Shown here: in pieces, positions 19,359-29,095 of the stretch
Numbering within the stretch: the stretch's first letter is position 1
Layout: each line of letters opens with the position of its first letter
Origin: a virus
DNA: 64,000 nt
IMG/VR virus record: IMGVR_UViG_3300025073_000036
Coordinates: 30,887-94,886 of that record
Strand: one strand, 5' to 3'
Program-made: the position numbers and the translations under genes
The notes under the pieces: generated by a model
Databases searched by the model: none
What the model saw: only the letters and a program-made list of their open reading frames with translations
Told to the model about the DNA's origin: nothing

Positions 19359-20543
19359 CTACCAGGGGATCGGGTCGTCTTCCACGTCGTCGAGCTTTGA
19401 CCACAAGCGGCACTGATGCAGGGGCGAGAGCGCGCGGATCGCCTGCTCGCTCATCGTGCCCGGACCGGGGCCGACCTTGCCCTTGCTGCGAGCGTACTTC
19501 ACGAGCTCGTCGACGCTTGCGCGCGGTGTCGGCTCGCCCGGCGGTGGCCCAGCGGCCCCCGGGTTGCCCGCGTCGTCGTCGGCCCATCCGTCGGCCGGGC
19601 CGTCGGCGGGGCCGAGCCCGTGCTCGTCGTCGTCGTCGATGTGCGTGACCGCCGTGACCGGCACCTCGGCGCCTCGCATGTCCGGTAGCAGGCCCCCGGT
19701 CATCATCGACCCGATGGCCCGGAAGAGCGCGTCGCCCATGCCCAGCGCCTTGCTGGCGGTCATCAGGGCCACGGCCCGGTTCGTCTCCGGATCGCCGAAG
19801 TCACCCGTCCACACCAGCCGCCCGGCCACGAACGGCTTGGCCAGCTCTTCGGCGGTGTACTCGTGCCGCAGGCCGAGCACCCGACGGATCAGGCGCGACC
19901 ACGCTTTCGTCTCGCAGTGCTCGGCGATGAAGGCGCGCGTGCGGCGGAGCTGTTTCGCGCCCGCTTCGGCCGAGCTGGCGCTCGCCAGCAGCTCGAGCGT
20001 GGCGGGCGAGTCGTCGTTGAGGTCGAGCGAGCGCGTGGCCGCGTAGAGGTGGTCGGCGCCGTCCATGCCGCGCAGCTTCCCGACCGCGCGGCAGCGCACG
20101 TACAGCGGATCGTCGCCCCGGTCGATGCGGGTGCACAGCTCCGGCACGCAAGAGAGCCCGGCCGCGTTGCCGATCCGGTCGAGCAGCGGGCGGAGCATGG
20201 AGAACATCGTAGGGCCGTCGCGCTTCGTGGCCTGGGTGTTCCGGTAGATCTCGCCCGACGTGGGCAGCACGGCCGACATGGCCAGCCGGTAGCCGGCTGG
20301 CACGGCGTCCACGGCCGTGACGGGCAGGATGAGGTTGGTGTGCTCCTGCAGCCACGCCATCGCCTCGCGCAGGCGGGCCGGATCGCCGTGGGCGAGCCGC
20401 TGGCCCACCTCGGTCATCAGCGACGGATCGGTGCGGATGATCTCGGCACGCTGCTGCCCGCCTTCGGGCGGGACGAAGTCGCCGTTGGCCGGTTTCTGCC
20501 ACGGCCGCCGCTGGCCCTGCTGGCCCTGCCTCGGTGGTGTCAC
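19359..20543 (-). CDS. Putative single-strand annealing/recombination protein
   Basis: Directly upstream of sbcD; AEHCETKAWSRLIR helix resembles Rad52/Sak/Red-beta family; acidic tail ending DDPIPW. Confidence 0.45.
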   Translation of the reverse strand: MTPPRQGQQGQRRPWQKPANGDFVPPEGGQQRAEIIRTDPSLMTEVGQRLAHGDPARLREAMAWLQEHTNLILPVTAVDAVPAGYRLAMSAVLPTSGEIYRNTQATKRDGPTMFSMLRPLLDRIGNAAGLSCVPELCTRIDRGDDPLYVRCRAVGKLRGMDGADHLYAATRSLDLNDDSPATLELLASASSAEAGAKQLRRTRAFIAEHCETKAWSRLIRRVLGLRHEYTAEELAKPFVAGRLVWTGDFGDPETNRAVALMTASKALGMGDALFRAIGSMMTGGLLPDMRGAEVPVTAVTHIDDDDEHGLGPADGPADGWADDDAGNPGAAGPPPGEPTPRASVDELVKYARSKGKVGPGPGTMSEQAIRALSPLHQCRLWSKLDDVEDDPIPW

Positions 20544-20594
20544 GTTGTTCCCCTTGTCCTGATGGCCCCCGGGGTGCCGACGGGGGCGTGCTGG

Positions 20595-20852
20595 TCAACT
20601 GGCGGCCGACTCCTGCGCCGGCCGCCGCTTCACCGGGTAGCCCCCGCTGTAGCCCGGCAGATCGTTCAGACTCACGCGCTCGTGGCCGTCCTTGTCGAGG
20701 CAGGCCTCGACGATGCGAGCGGCCAGGGGCGGGGACGGCATGAGCGTGCCGCAGCAGATGCGGTCGATGTTGCTCTTGGAGCACCCGACCCGCTCGGCGA
20801 ATGCGCGCCGTTCTCCGCGCCGCAGGAAATCCTCAAGTCGCATTGGCGACAT
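20595..20852 (-). CDS. Cro/YdaS-like HTH regulator
   Basis: MRLEDFL...RRAFAERVGCSKSNIDRICCG...PSPPLAARIVEA. Confidence 0.75.
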   Translation of the reverse strand: MSPMRLEDFLRRGERRAFAERVGCSKSNIDRICCGTLMPSPPLAARIVEACLDKDGHERVSLNDLPGYSGGYPVKRRPAQESAAS

Positions 20853-20872
20853 CCCGTACAAGTCAAGGCCCA

Positions 20873-20956
20873 ACAATAGGCGCCACACGCCAACAAGGCA
20901 AGATGAAAATTAGCGTGTGAGGCGTATTGACAGCCCGGCGACCCTGAACGTAGCGT
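20873..20956. promoter_or_regulatory. Divergent promoter region with two 17-bp operators
   Basis: Minus TTGCCT-17-TATTGT; plus TTGACA(20927)-18-TAGCGT; operators at 20877-20893 and 20910-20926. Confidence 0.7.
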
Positions 20957-20981
20957 CGCCGTAACGTATCGACGGGGGACG

Positions 20982-21959
20982 TTGGTGCACGGTCGCTGGG
21001 CGGCTACGCCGCTGCTCTTCTCCACATTGCGAATCGAGGCCTATCCCGACGGCACGCCGTTCAAGGGCCTGCACAAGATCGTCTTGGCGGTGCTGCTCGA
21101 GCGGTGTGACGCCGCAGACGGCAAGGACGGCCGTGGGCGGGTGCGCAACCGCGCCCTGGCCGAGGCCTCGACCGCCGCCGCCCTGGCCGAGGCGCACGCC
21201 CGTGGCGGCTCGCTCGTGAGCGTTGTCGAGCTGGCCCGGCAGGCCGTCGTGGCCGAGAAGGTGGCGCGCGAAGCGGTGCAAGCCTTCAAGGGCGCCGGGT
21301 GGGTTCAGGCGTTCGGACGGCCCGGGCGCCGTGACCTGCTCGTGGTGAACGACTCCGCCCTGCTGGCCGCCGATCCGCGTCTAGGGGTGGCAGATTTGCC
21401 AGGGGTGGCAGATTTGCCAGGGGTGGCAAAAGAGGAAGGCCCGGCAGATCTGCCACCACACCCCTTGCAGATCTGCCACCCCACCCCTGCCGTATTTGCC
21501 ACCCCCCTCAACGATCATGACGCGCGCGCGGCTGTCCCTACCCGGCCCTATCCGACCCTAAACGCACCCCCAGTGGCCCCCGGGCCTGATGAGGCGGAGG
21601 TCGCCAGGAAGGCGGCCGCCTTCCGGCGCTTGTCGGCCGCCTGGGGGGACGGATTCGGGCGGGCTCGACGTGGCCGGGGCGTGATGGAAGTGAACGGTGC
21701 CGAGACGGAGACGTTGCGGCGCCTTGTTGATGCGTATGCCGAGGCGGAAGTTGCGGAGGCGATTCGCCGGGAGATTCTTCGGGCTGCGAATGATCCGCGC
21801 GGCCCGCGTCTGGACTGGGTCGAGGACGCCTTGCGGGGCGCCCGGCCGAACACCAACCCGCCCGGAGCGGCCAGGCCACCAGCCAGGACCCGCGCGGGCG
21901 CCGTTCCCGGGGCGTCGAAATGGGCGCGTCCGGATGCACGAGGGGAGAAGCCAGGATGA
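20982..21959 (+). CDS. Replication initiator (lambda O-like) with internal iterons
   Basis: N-terminal wHTH-like region; GVADLP peptide repeats encoded by DNA iterons; followed by a DnaC-like gene. Confidence 0.65.
   Translation: MVHGRWAATPLLFSTLRIEAYPDGTPFKGLHKIVLAVLLERCDAADGKDGRGRVRNRALAEASTAAALAEAHARGGSLVSVVELARQAVVAEKVAREAVQAFKGAGWVQAFGRPGRRDLLVVNDSALLAADPRLGVADLPGVADLPGVAKEEGPADLPPHPLQICHPTPAVFATPLNDHDARAAVPTRPYPTLNAPPVAPGPDEAEVARKAAAFRRLSAAWGDGFGRARRGRGVMEVNGAETETLRRLVDAYAEAEVAEAIRREILRAANDPRGPRLDWVEDALRGARPNTNPPGAARPPARTRAGAVPGASKWARPDARGEKPG
21383..21506. repeat. Iteron cluster / replication origin
   Basis: AGGGGTGGCAGATTTGCC x2.5 (21383, 21401, 21419), then inverted copies GCAGATCTGCCACC (21444, 21467) and ATTTGCCACCCC (21494). 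Confidence 0.75.
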
Positions 21960-22849
21960 GCGACGAGACGACGCGGGCACCGTCGGCGCCGAAGGCGGAA
22001 CCGGAGATGCGCTACGCGCGAACCGACGGTTTTGTGACCGCCACGGTCAGCCCGTGTGGCCACTGCCACAAGGGGTCGATCTTCATCGAGGACGAACACG
22101 GCAATACGACGGTGAGGAATTGCCCGAAGTGCGGCCCGCTCCTGATGCAGGCCGCCGCGCTCAACATGGCGCGCCTGCCGGTCGATCCGCCCGGGGCCAA
22201 CCTGTCGGCCTTCCAGCTCGACCGCCCGGGTGATCCGCCGAAGATCGGCGGTGGCAACGGCGTGATCCTCGTGCACACCGAGGACGGGAGCATGCCGCAC
22301 CCGGCGCACTACCGCGCGGCCGCCCTCGAGGCGGCGGTGGCGTTCTGCAACGCGGCCATCGCTCGCGCGGCCGCCCCGGACGATGGGGGCGGCCTGCTGC
22401 TGGCTGGCCCGCCCGGGACCGGAAAATCGCACCTGTTGCACGGCATCCTGCGTCGGCTGGCCATGCGGGCACCGAAGATCCGGACCCGCTACGCCAGCGC
22501 CGGGCAGGTGATGGCCGACTGCCGGCGCTCTCTCCAGGCGCAGAAGGAAACGCAGAAGCTCGTCGACGACCTCGTGCTCGTCCCGCTGCTGGCCCTCGAC
22601 GAGCTCGGCAAGGGCCGCGCGACCGACTGGGAGGTCAGCATCGCCGACGAGATCGTGACGCGCCGCTACGAGGCCGGGAGGGCCACCATCTACGCCACGA
22701 ACTACTCGCTCGAGCGCGATCCGCCGGTGGACGATCTCGACGCGCTGGCCAACCGCATCGGGGAGCGCGCGTTCTCTCGCGTGACGCACCGCAACCGCGT
22801 GCTCGTGTTGGTCGGCAGCGACCAGCGATTCGAGGGGAGGGCCGTCTGA
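21956..22849 (+). CDS. DnaC/IstB-like AAA+ helicase loader
   Basis: CGHC/CPKC Zn site, GPPGTGKS, LLALDELG, ATN, RAFSR. Confidence 0.85.
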   Translation: MSDETTRAPSAPKAEPEMRYARTDGFVTATVSPCGHCHKGSIFIEDEHGNTTVRNCPKCGPLLMQAAALNMARLPVDPPGANLSAFQLDRPGDPPKIGGGNGVILVHTEDGSMPHPAHYRAAALEAAVAFCNAAIARAAAPDDGGGLLLAGPPGTGKSHLLHGILRRLAMRAPKIRTRYASAGQVMADCRRSLQAQKETQKLVDDLVLVPLLALDELGKGRATDWEVSIADEIVTRRYEAGRATIYATNYSLERDPPVDDLDALANRIGERAFSRVTHRNRVLVLVGSDQRFEGRAV

Positions 22850-23484
22850 TGGGCCTCAACCGAGAGCAGGCCCGCAAGCTCCTGGGTCGGGACCTGCCCG
22901 AACCTGAGCTACCGCCGCAGCTCGCGGCCGTGTTCGGTCAGAAACCCGGGCAGCCGAAGGCCGTGGCCGTCGTGCACACGGTCGGTCAGGCCGGCCCGGT
23001 CGAGCGCGTGCGGCCCCACTGGGAAAAAGACGGCGAGGCCAAGAAGCCGAAGGCCACGAAACGAAAGCTCGAATGGGCCGAGCAGGTGAACCTCGTGAGC
23101 GCCCTGATCGCGGCCGAGCTGATGTTCTCCGGCTCGCTCAACGGCGTGCCGCTGCCGCCCGGTCAGGCCAAGATGGCGAAGGCGGCGGGCATGGTGCGCG
23201 GGGACGCGGACCTCACGATCTGGACGCACCCGCCCGCCCACCCGGACGCGCCGGGCATGATGGTCGAGCTAAAGTTGCCGTCGGCGGAGCCCTCGACCGA
23301 GCGCGCCGGCCAGTTCTCCGGCGCCCGCCCGCACCAGAAAGACCGGCTCGGCCAGTTTCAGGCCCTCGGCTGGCACGTCGTCATCGGCTACGGCTGCGCG
23401 GACGCGCTGTGCAAGATCCGCGCAGCCGGCTACGACCTGAGCATGCTGCCCGCGTGCTCGTTCGTGAAGACGGGGCAGCCGTGA
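22849..23484 (+). CDS. VRR-NUC-like endonuclease
   Basis: E..EQ...GMVRGDADL...VELK...Q...GW. Confidence 0.7.
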   Translation: MGLNREQARKLLGRDLPEPELPPQLAAVFGQKPGQPKAVAVVHTVGQAGPVERVRPHWEKDGEAKKPKATKRKLEWAEQVNLVSALIAAELMFSGSLNGVPLPPGQAKMAKAAGMVRGDADLTIWTHPPAHPDAPGMMVELKLPSAEPSTERAGQFSGARPHQKDRLGQFQALGWHVVIGYGCADALCKIRAAGYDLSMLPACSFVKTGQP

Positions 23485-23978
23485 CGACGCCCACCGAGCC
23501 GCAGCTCGACCTTTTCGGCGGCCCCGCGCCGCGCTCGGCGCACACGCCCGCGCCGGCCGTGGCAGGGCGGGCCACGAGCGTCCTGAGCGGTCAGCAGATC
23601 CTCGACGCGATGCCGGAGCTGCGCCGCCAGGTGTTCGCCTTCATCCGCGTCCAGGGCGGCAGGGGGGCCACCGACGACGAGATGCAGGCGGCGATGGGTC
23701 TCAACCCCTCGACGCAGCGCCCGCGCCGCATTGAGCTCGAGCGGCAGGGTTTCATCCGCCAGGACCCGGAGGGCCGCACGCGCGAGACCCGCAGCGGCCG
23801 TCAGGCCGTGGTGTGGGTGATGGTGCCGGAGGCCGAGCGGCAGGGCCTCGGGGAGCGCCGCCAGGTCGAGACCGAGGTGCGCGGCGCACTGCATCACTTC
23901 ATCGCTGCCCTCGACCTCGAGCAGTGTCGAGCGGCCATCGGTGTCCTGCGTGCGCGTTTCCCGAGCGTTTCGACCTGA
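23481..23978 (+). CDS. Winged-helix DNA-binding protein
   Basis: GATDDEM...STQRPRRIEL...RETRSGRQAVVW. Confidence 0.65.
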   Translation: MTTPTEPQLDLFGGPAPRSAHTPAPAVAGRATSVLSGQQILDAMPELRRQVFAFIRVQGGRGATDDEMQAAMGLNPSTQRPRRIELERQGFIRQDPEGRTRETRSGRQAVVWVMVPEAERQGLGERRQVETEVRGALHHFIAALDLEQCRAAIGVLRARFPSVST

Positions 23979-24003
23979 CAGACCGACAGACAAGTGGAAA
24001 AAC

Positions 24004-24741
24004 ATGAAACGGAAAACGACAGACGAAGAGGCCGGCGGCGTCCCGGTCTACAACGCCACTAACGGCAACAACAACTGGGCGAGCCCGCGCGACTTCCTCA
24101 CCGCCGCGCTGGCAGAACTCGACCTGCCGGCCATCGGGCTAGACCTCGCGGCCGAGTGCTCGACGGCCCTGGCCCCGCTCTACTTCGCGCCCGACCACGC
24201 CGATCCGCGACGACGCAACGCGCTGTTGCCGCGCAGTTCGTGGCATATCCGGCGCGATGAGACGGCGCCCGGAGCGCCGAGCACGCGCTACCTCAATCCG
24301 CCCTATGGTCGCCTGTGCGTGCAGTGTCGAGACAAGGTGTGGAAGGGGAAAAAGAGCGGTCTGCCGAAAGCGAAGTGGTGCGAGAGTCGGAAACACACAT
24401 CGACGACGGTGTGGGAGTGGATCGAGCGCGCGGCCAGAGAAGGCACGCGCGGCCTCGACCCGCTGCTGCTGCTCGTCCCGGCCCGCACCGATACCGACTG
24501 GTGGCATTCCCACGTCCACGGCCTCGCGGCCCGCGTGGTGCTGATCAAGGGCCGGCTCACGTTCCTCGACGCGGCGTTGAAGGCGACAGACTGCCCGGCG
24601 CCGTTCCCATCGGCCTTGATCGAATACGTGCCGTGCCCGGCTGCGTCGGCGTGGGTGACGCAGTACGGCACCATGAGAAACGATGGACGGATGATTGACA
24701 AGCCGGAGCGGCGCCTGGTCGTGGCCGGCGAGGTGTATTGA
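24004..24741 (+). CDS. Phage DNA N6-adenine methyltransferase (Dam-type)
   Basis: WASP, LDLAA, NPPY, LVPARTDT.WWH, GRLTF, APFPS. Confidence 0.85.
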   Translation: MKRKTTDEEAGGVPVYNATNGNNNWASPRDFLTAALAELDLPAIGLDLAAECSTALAPLYFAPDHADPRRRNALLPRSSWHIRRDETAPGAPSTRYLNPPYGRLCVQCRDKVWKGKKSGLPKAKWCESRKHTSTTVWEWIERAAREGTRGLDPLLLLVPARTDTDWWHSHVHGLAARVVLIKGRLTFLDAALKATDCPAPFPSALIEYVPCPAASAWVTQYGTMRNDGRMIDKPERRLVVAGEVY

Positions 24742-24742
24742 C

Positions 24743-25054
24743 ATGACATTGAAGCCGTTGTCGCCGCGTCAGGCCCAGGTTTTGCGCGTGATGATCCTGC
24801 ACCTGCTCGAGTATCAGACACACGCGACCAAACGATTCATCGCAGAAGCGTTGAAAACACGCTCGCTCGTCAACGTCCACGAACACTTGACCGCCTTGGA
24901 GCGCAAGGGCTACGTGCGCAGCGAAGAGCGCGTGAAGGGACGCCTGACGTGGCTCATCCTGCGCACGCCGGAGGGCGTGACATTTCACCTCGGCAATCTG
25001 GCCGCCGTGGCCCCCGACTACGTGCCCGCCCGGGCCGCCGAGGCCTCGCCGTGA
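24743..25054 (+). CDS. LexA-type HTH protein (no protease domain)
   Basis: LSPRQAQVL...IAEALKTRS...VHEHLTALERKGYV. Confidence 0.75.
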   Translation: MTLKPLSPRQAQVLRVMILHLLEYQTHATKRFIAEALKTRSLVNVHEHLTALERKGYVRSEERVKGRLTWLILRTPEGVTFHLGNLAAVAPDYVPARAAEASP

Positions 25055-25572
25055 GTCGCCCCGTTCCCGACCTGCCGGCCTCGACGATCCGAGTGCTCAA
25101 CGCGCTCGTGGAGCGGCGGCCGCGCTTCCTGAACGTCCTGCAGGTGCATGGAGCGTCAGACGTTTCGATCAGCACGGCCCGCGCTGCCTGCTGCGAGCTC
25201 GCCCGGCTCGGCCTGGTCGAGAAGCTGCCGGTTCGCTCGCCCTTCATCGGCGAGGCGGCCACCATGACCTACGGCGCCCGGGCCGGTGTGTCGGGCATGG
25301 AAGTACCGGCCCCGAAGCGTAGGCGCACGTCGAAGCTCGGCCGGCCAGCATATCAGAAGGTCAGGAGCGCCATGCACGTCATGCCGCCCGGCGTTCTCAT
25401 CGCCGACGTGGCGCGCGCGACCGGCCTGGACATTGGCACCACGGGCACCGTGCTGCGCGACCTGCTCGAGGCTGGCGAGGTCACGCGCACGGCCGGAGAG
25501 TCGCACGCCGGTGGTCAACGGCCGTGGCTGTGGAGCCGGGCCGAGCCGGCGGAGGTGGCGGCATGCCTCTGA
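25051..25572 (+). CDS. Tandem winged-helix protein
   Basis: Two HTH-like segments (ELARLGLVEK; IADVARATGL...LLEAGEV). Confidence 0.6.
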   Translation: MSRPVPDLPASTIRVLNALVERRPRFLNVLQVHGASDVSISTARAACCELARLGLVEKLPVRSPFIGEAATMTYGARAGVSGMEVPAPKRRRTSKLGRPAYQKVRSAMHVMPPGVLIADVARATGLDIGTTGTVLRDLLEAGEVTRTAGESHAGGQRPWLWSRAEPAEVAACL

Positions 25573-25856
25573 TCGCCAAGGCCGCCGTGCGCTGGCAGGA
25601 CGTGCTCGGTACGACGCCGGAGACGCGCTGGGGTGTGGACCCCGCCAAGCTCGCGGGCGTCACGCCGGACATGGCCCGGCTCGTGCGCCGCACCGCGCAA
25701 CTTCCGCCGCACGATGTCATGCTGGCCATCGAGATCTACGTCGAGGATGGCAGGCCCGACCTGGCCGATATGTTTCTCGGCCTGATCGAGCAGGACATCA
25801 CACGCCTCAAGCTGGACAACGAGGTCCGCTTGCGGCGCCGGAGGGCGGGCCAATGA
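25563..25856 (+). CDS. Hypothetical protein
   Basis: GGAGG RBS; coupled. Confidence 0.6.
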   Translation: MPLIAKAAVRWQDVLGTTPETRWGVDPAKLAGVTPDMARLVRRTAQLPPHDVMLAIEIYVEDGRPDLADMFLGLIEQDITRLKLDNEVRLRRRRAGQ

Positions 25857-26212
25857 AACTGTTTCTCGCACAAACAGACGAACAGACCGACGCCGCGTTG
25901 CGCGATGCGCTCGACGAGGTGCTGCAGTCGCCGAAGGTCCGGCTTGCGCTCGTGATCCGCAGCGCGCCGGAGGCCACGCGCGCCGCCATTCAGACCGCCG
26001 ATGCCGTCTTCGGAGTGTGGAGCCCGGATGACGCCGACGCCGTCGGAGAGCTGGCCTACGCGGCCGGACAGGGGCGCCCGGTCTACGTCGTGGCCCCCGC
26101 TGTGGCGCCGCCATGGTTCTGCGCTGGCACCGGGCAGGGTGGGCACTACACGAGCGCGCTGCGGGCCGTGGCGGCCTTCCTGCGCGACCTGACGGCCAGG
26201 AGGGCGGCATGA
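25853..26212 (+). CDS. Nucleoside 2-deoxyribosyltransferase-like protein
   Basis: IQTADAV...GELAYAAGQGRPVYVV. Confidence 0.55.
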   Translation: MKLFLAQTDEQTDAALRDALDEVLQSPKVRLALVIRSAPEATRAAIQTADAVFGVWSPDDADAVGELAYAAGQGRPVYVVAPAVAPPWFCAGTGQGGHYTSALRAVAAFLRDLTARRAA

Positions 26213-27087
26213 CGGCCAGGACGCGCCCGGGGGTCGGCGTGGTGCTGCGCCGGCCCAAGAACGAAACACCGGAACACTGGGCGGCCAAGATGCACGCCTG
26301 GGTATGGCTGTGGCGGCGCGGCTGCCGACACATCGGCTTCGAGGTCGAGGTGACCGCGCGCTGGAAGGTGGACGTGCTCGGCATGGTCTTCACGCGCGAC
26401 CGTTCGCGCACCGTCGTGTATGCCGTGGAGGCCAAGGGCCACCGCTCCGACTGGCTGGCCGATCTGAACGCCGCCCAGGCCGGCCTGGCCGCCTTCGAGC
26501 GTCTGCGTGCCGTGCATGCCGAGGCCATTGCGCTCGGTGTGCCGGAGCCGGGCTACTACATCGAGCCGATCCGGGCGAAGAGTCAGCAGAGCGAGGAAGA
26601 GAAACACCGGGGCGAGATCATGGAACGCTACCGGAAGGCTCGCCGAGCTGCGTCGAAACACGGACACATCGCGGGCGAGCGTTCCGGCTACTGCGCTGCG
26701 CCGATTGGGGTGGATGATGCGGAGTGGGAGCGCGTTGTCCAGCCGGGCAAGGGCCTGCGTTTCCTGCCCAACCCGACGAAGGTGGCGTGCAAGGACCTGG
26801 CGCGGGTGACGAGCGCCCGCTACGTGATGGCTCCGCCGGGTGTAATCTTGCCCGAAGAGCGGCCGGACGGCTGGGGCATCCTTGAGCCCGGGCCGCGCAC
26901 CGTACACAAGATCGACAAGCCGCAACCCGTGTCCGACGAGGTCGCGGTCGACCTGCTGCGCAAGTTGGCGCTGGCGCAGACCTACCGGACGAAGGCGGCG
27001 ATCCCGGGTGAAGAGCGCGGGACCGATCTCACCATCGAGCCGTTCGACGACATCGTGCGCCGAGAGCAGGAGGCCGCTCGTGTCTGA
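26209..27087 (+). CDS. MmcB-like PD-(D/E)XK nuclease
   Basis: FEV...VDVLG...VEAKGHRSDWLAD...YVMAP.G...GWGIL. Confidence 0.65.
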   Translation: MTARTRPGVGVVLRRPKNETPEHWAAKMHAWVWLWRRGCRHIGFEVEVTARWKVDVLGMVFTRDRSRTVVYAVEAKGHRSDWLADLNAAQAGLAAFERLRAVHAEAIALGVPEPGYYIEPIRAKSQQSEEEKHRGEIMERYRKARRAASKHGHIAGERSGYCAAPIGVDDAEWERVVQPGKGLRFLPNPTKVACKDLARVTSARYVMAPPGVILPEERPDGWGILEPGPRTVHKIDKPQPVSDEVAVDLLRKLALAQTYRTKAAIPGEERGTDLTIEPFDDIVRREQEAARV

Positions 27088-27427
27088 GAGAACACCAGCC
27101 GGAGAGATCCCGGTCGATGTGCGCAAGCTGGCCGTGGCCTGGGTGCGACGAGAGATCGGCGCCGAGCGCCAGATCGTCGGCGCGCGCGGCCTGCCATTTG
27201 ACGGCGGTGTGGTCTATCACTTCCGCACCGAGCGGGGCGCCGATGGGGCGCCCGTCGTGCGCCTGGAGGTCATCGTCAACGCCGACGGCAGCGTACAGGG
27301 ACCCCGGCGCGTTGGGTCGCACGAGCGGCGGCGGGAGGCCCGCGCGGTGCGTTGCATCGAAGGTCAACCGGTCGCCCCGCGCACCCGCTACATGGACACC
27401 GAGTACAAGCGGCGGGGGTGGCGCTGA
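27080..27427 (+). CDS. Hypothetical protein
   Basis: GGAGG RBS; coupled. Confidence 0.55.
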   Translation: MSERTPAGEIPVDVRKLAVAWVRREIGAERQIVGARGLPFDGGVVYHFRTERGADGAPVVRLEVIVNADGSVQGPRRVGSHERRREARAVRCIEGQPVAPRTRYMDTEYKRRGWR

Positions 27428-27804
27428 TGGCAAAGCTCTCCGCCTGCGTCACCTGTGGGGCCGTCGTGGACGGCTACAACCCGGGTGTGTTCACGCTCAA
27501 GATGGATGAAGTCAATGGCGGCCCGTGTGTCACGCTCGCGTGGTGCAACGGCGTCGAGGGCCGGCGCTGCGCCGAGGTCGATCCGCTGCACCTCGAGATG
27601 GCGGCCGCGCAGGGCATGTCGGACGGCCAGGAAGGCGACGACGCGGTCTGCACCGCTTACCTGCGCATCATCGACCGCATCGCGGCCGAGCGTGGCGCCG
27701 ATGGCCTGCGCGCGGCCGTGAAGGTTCGCCGCGACGTGGCCCACCCCAGGGTGACAATGCGCGGTCCTGGGCTCCTGTGGGGCCGCCGCGTGGAGCTCGT
27801 TTGA
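27427..27804 (+). CDS. Hypothetical protein
   Basis: TGATG overlap; CxxC motif. Confidence 0.55.
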   Translation: MAKLSACVTCGAVVDGYNPGVFTLKMDEVNGGPCVTLAWCNGVEGRRCAEVDPLHLEMAAAQGMSDGQEGDDAVCTAYLRIIDRIAAERGADGLRAAVKVRRDVAHPRVTMRGPGLLWGRRVELV

Positions 27805-28031
27805 GCCGTCGCCGCCCCACGAACCAGCAGCGCCGCGAGGTCGAGGTGTGCCGCTGCCCGTGCATCGAGCCCGTCACCGGGCTGCGCTGCGAGGCCGTGC
27901 TCGTGAATCTGCGTCACGCCGGCCGCTGCTGGTCCGTTCCGCGCAACGCGCAGGACTTGCCGAGCGGGCGCCGTGTGTTCTGGACGCCGGCCACGCCGCC
28001 GGCCATTCGTGAGACAAGGGGAAACACATGA
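27801..28031 (+). CDS. Small hypothetical protein
   Basis: Overlaps both neighbours by 4 nt. Confidence 0.4.
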   Translation: MSRRRPTNQQRREVEVCRCPCIEPVTGLRCEAVLVNLRHAGRCWSVPRNAQDLPSGRRVFWTPATPPAIRETRGNT

Positions 28032-29086
28032 CAGGAATTCAGTGGACGGACGAGACATGGAATCCGATCTGCGGGTGCTCCAAGGTCTCGCAGGGGTGCC
28101 GGGGCTGCTACGCCGAGAAGATGGCGGCGCGCCTGCGGGCGATGGCGCTGGCCGACATCGAGGCCGGACGCGACCCTGGCCGCAAGCGGTACTACATCGA
28201 GGCCGTGGACGAGCGCGGCCGCTGGACGGGCAAGGTCGTGCCCGTGCCGGAAGCGTTGCCGGACCCGCTGCACTGGACGCGGCCGCGCCGTGTGTTCGTC
28301 AACAGCATGTCCGATCTCTTTCACCCGGAACTTTCGTTCCAATACATCGCGGCCGTGTTCGGTGTGATGTGGGCGGCGCACGAACACACGTTTCAGGTAT
28401 TGACCAAGCATCCCGACCGGGCGGCCGAGTTCTTCGCCTGGCTAGGCTGTGCCATCGGGCGAAACGTCAACGATGGGGCGGCCGTGAAGATGGCGACGGA
28501 CCCGCTCACGTCCTGCCAGATCCAAGCGGGCCGGCACGTCCGGCTCGGCCCGTACACCGTCGGGACGGGGCAGCCGAGCCGTGGGGCGTGGCCGCTGCCA
28601 AACGTGTGGCTGGGTACGTCCGTGGAGTCGCCGAGCGAGCAGCACCGCGTCGACGAGCTGCGCCGCTGCCCGGCGGCCGTCCGGTTCGTCTCGCAGGAGC
28701 CGCAGATCGAGGCCATCGACTGGGCCGGGCGCCTCGACGGGATCTCATGGGTCATCGTCGGCGGCGAGAGCGGATGTGGCGCGCGCCCGTTCAACGTCGC
28801 CTGGGCGCGGCGGACCATCGAGCAGTGTCGGGCGGCCGGCGTGGCCGTGTTCCTGAAACAGCTCGGCCGGGTGCCGCTCGTCCGTCTGTTGGAAACGCCC
28901 GGGTTGTCGGCGCCGGGCGCGCCCGGTGGGTGGCAGTGGCCCGTGCCGCTCGACACCGCGCCCTCGTCGCTCTCCGGCATCTTGGCCGCCTGGACGCCAC
29001 GCCTGCGTCACCCGAAGGGCGGCAACTGGGACGAGTGGCCGGAAGAGCTGCGCGTGCGCGAGTATCCGGCCCCGGTGGCGGCGTAG
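28028..29086 (+). CDS. Phage Gp37/Gp68 (DUF5131) radical-SAM-like protein
   Basis: IQWTDETWNPICGCSKVSQGCRGCYA, VFVNSMSDLFH, WVIVGGESG. Confidence 0.9.
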   Translation: MTGIQWTDETWNPICGCSKVSQGCRGCYAEKMAARLRAMALADIEAGRDPGRKRYYIEAVDERGRWTGKVVPVPEALPDPLHWTRPRRVFVNSMSDLFHPELSFQYIAAVFGVMWAAHEHTFQVLTKHPDRAAEFFAWLGCAIGRNVNDGAAVKMATDPLTSCQIQAGRHVRLGPYTVGTGQPSRGAWPLPNVWLGTSVESPSEQHRVDELRRCPAAVRFVSQEPQIEAIDWAGRLDGISWVIVGGESGCGARPFNVAWARRTIEQCRAAGVAVFLKQLGRVPLVRLLETPGLSAPGAPGGWQWPVPLDTAPSSLSGILAAWTPRLRHPKGGNWDEWPEELRVREYPAPVAA

Positions 29087-29095
29087 GAGGCGGCC

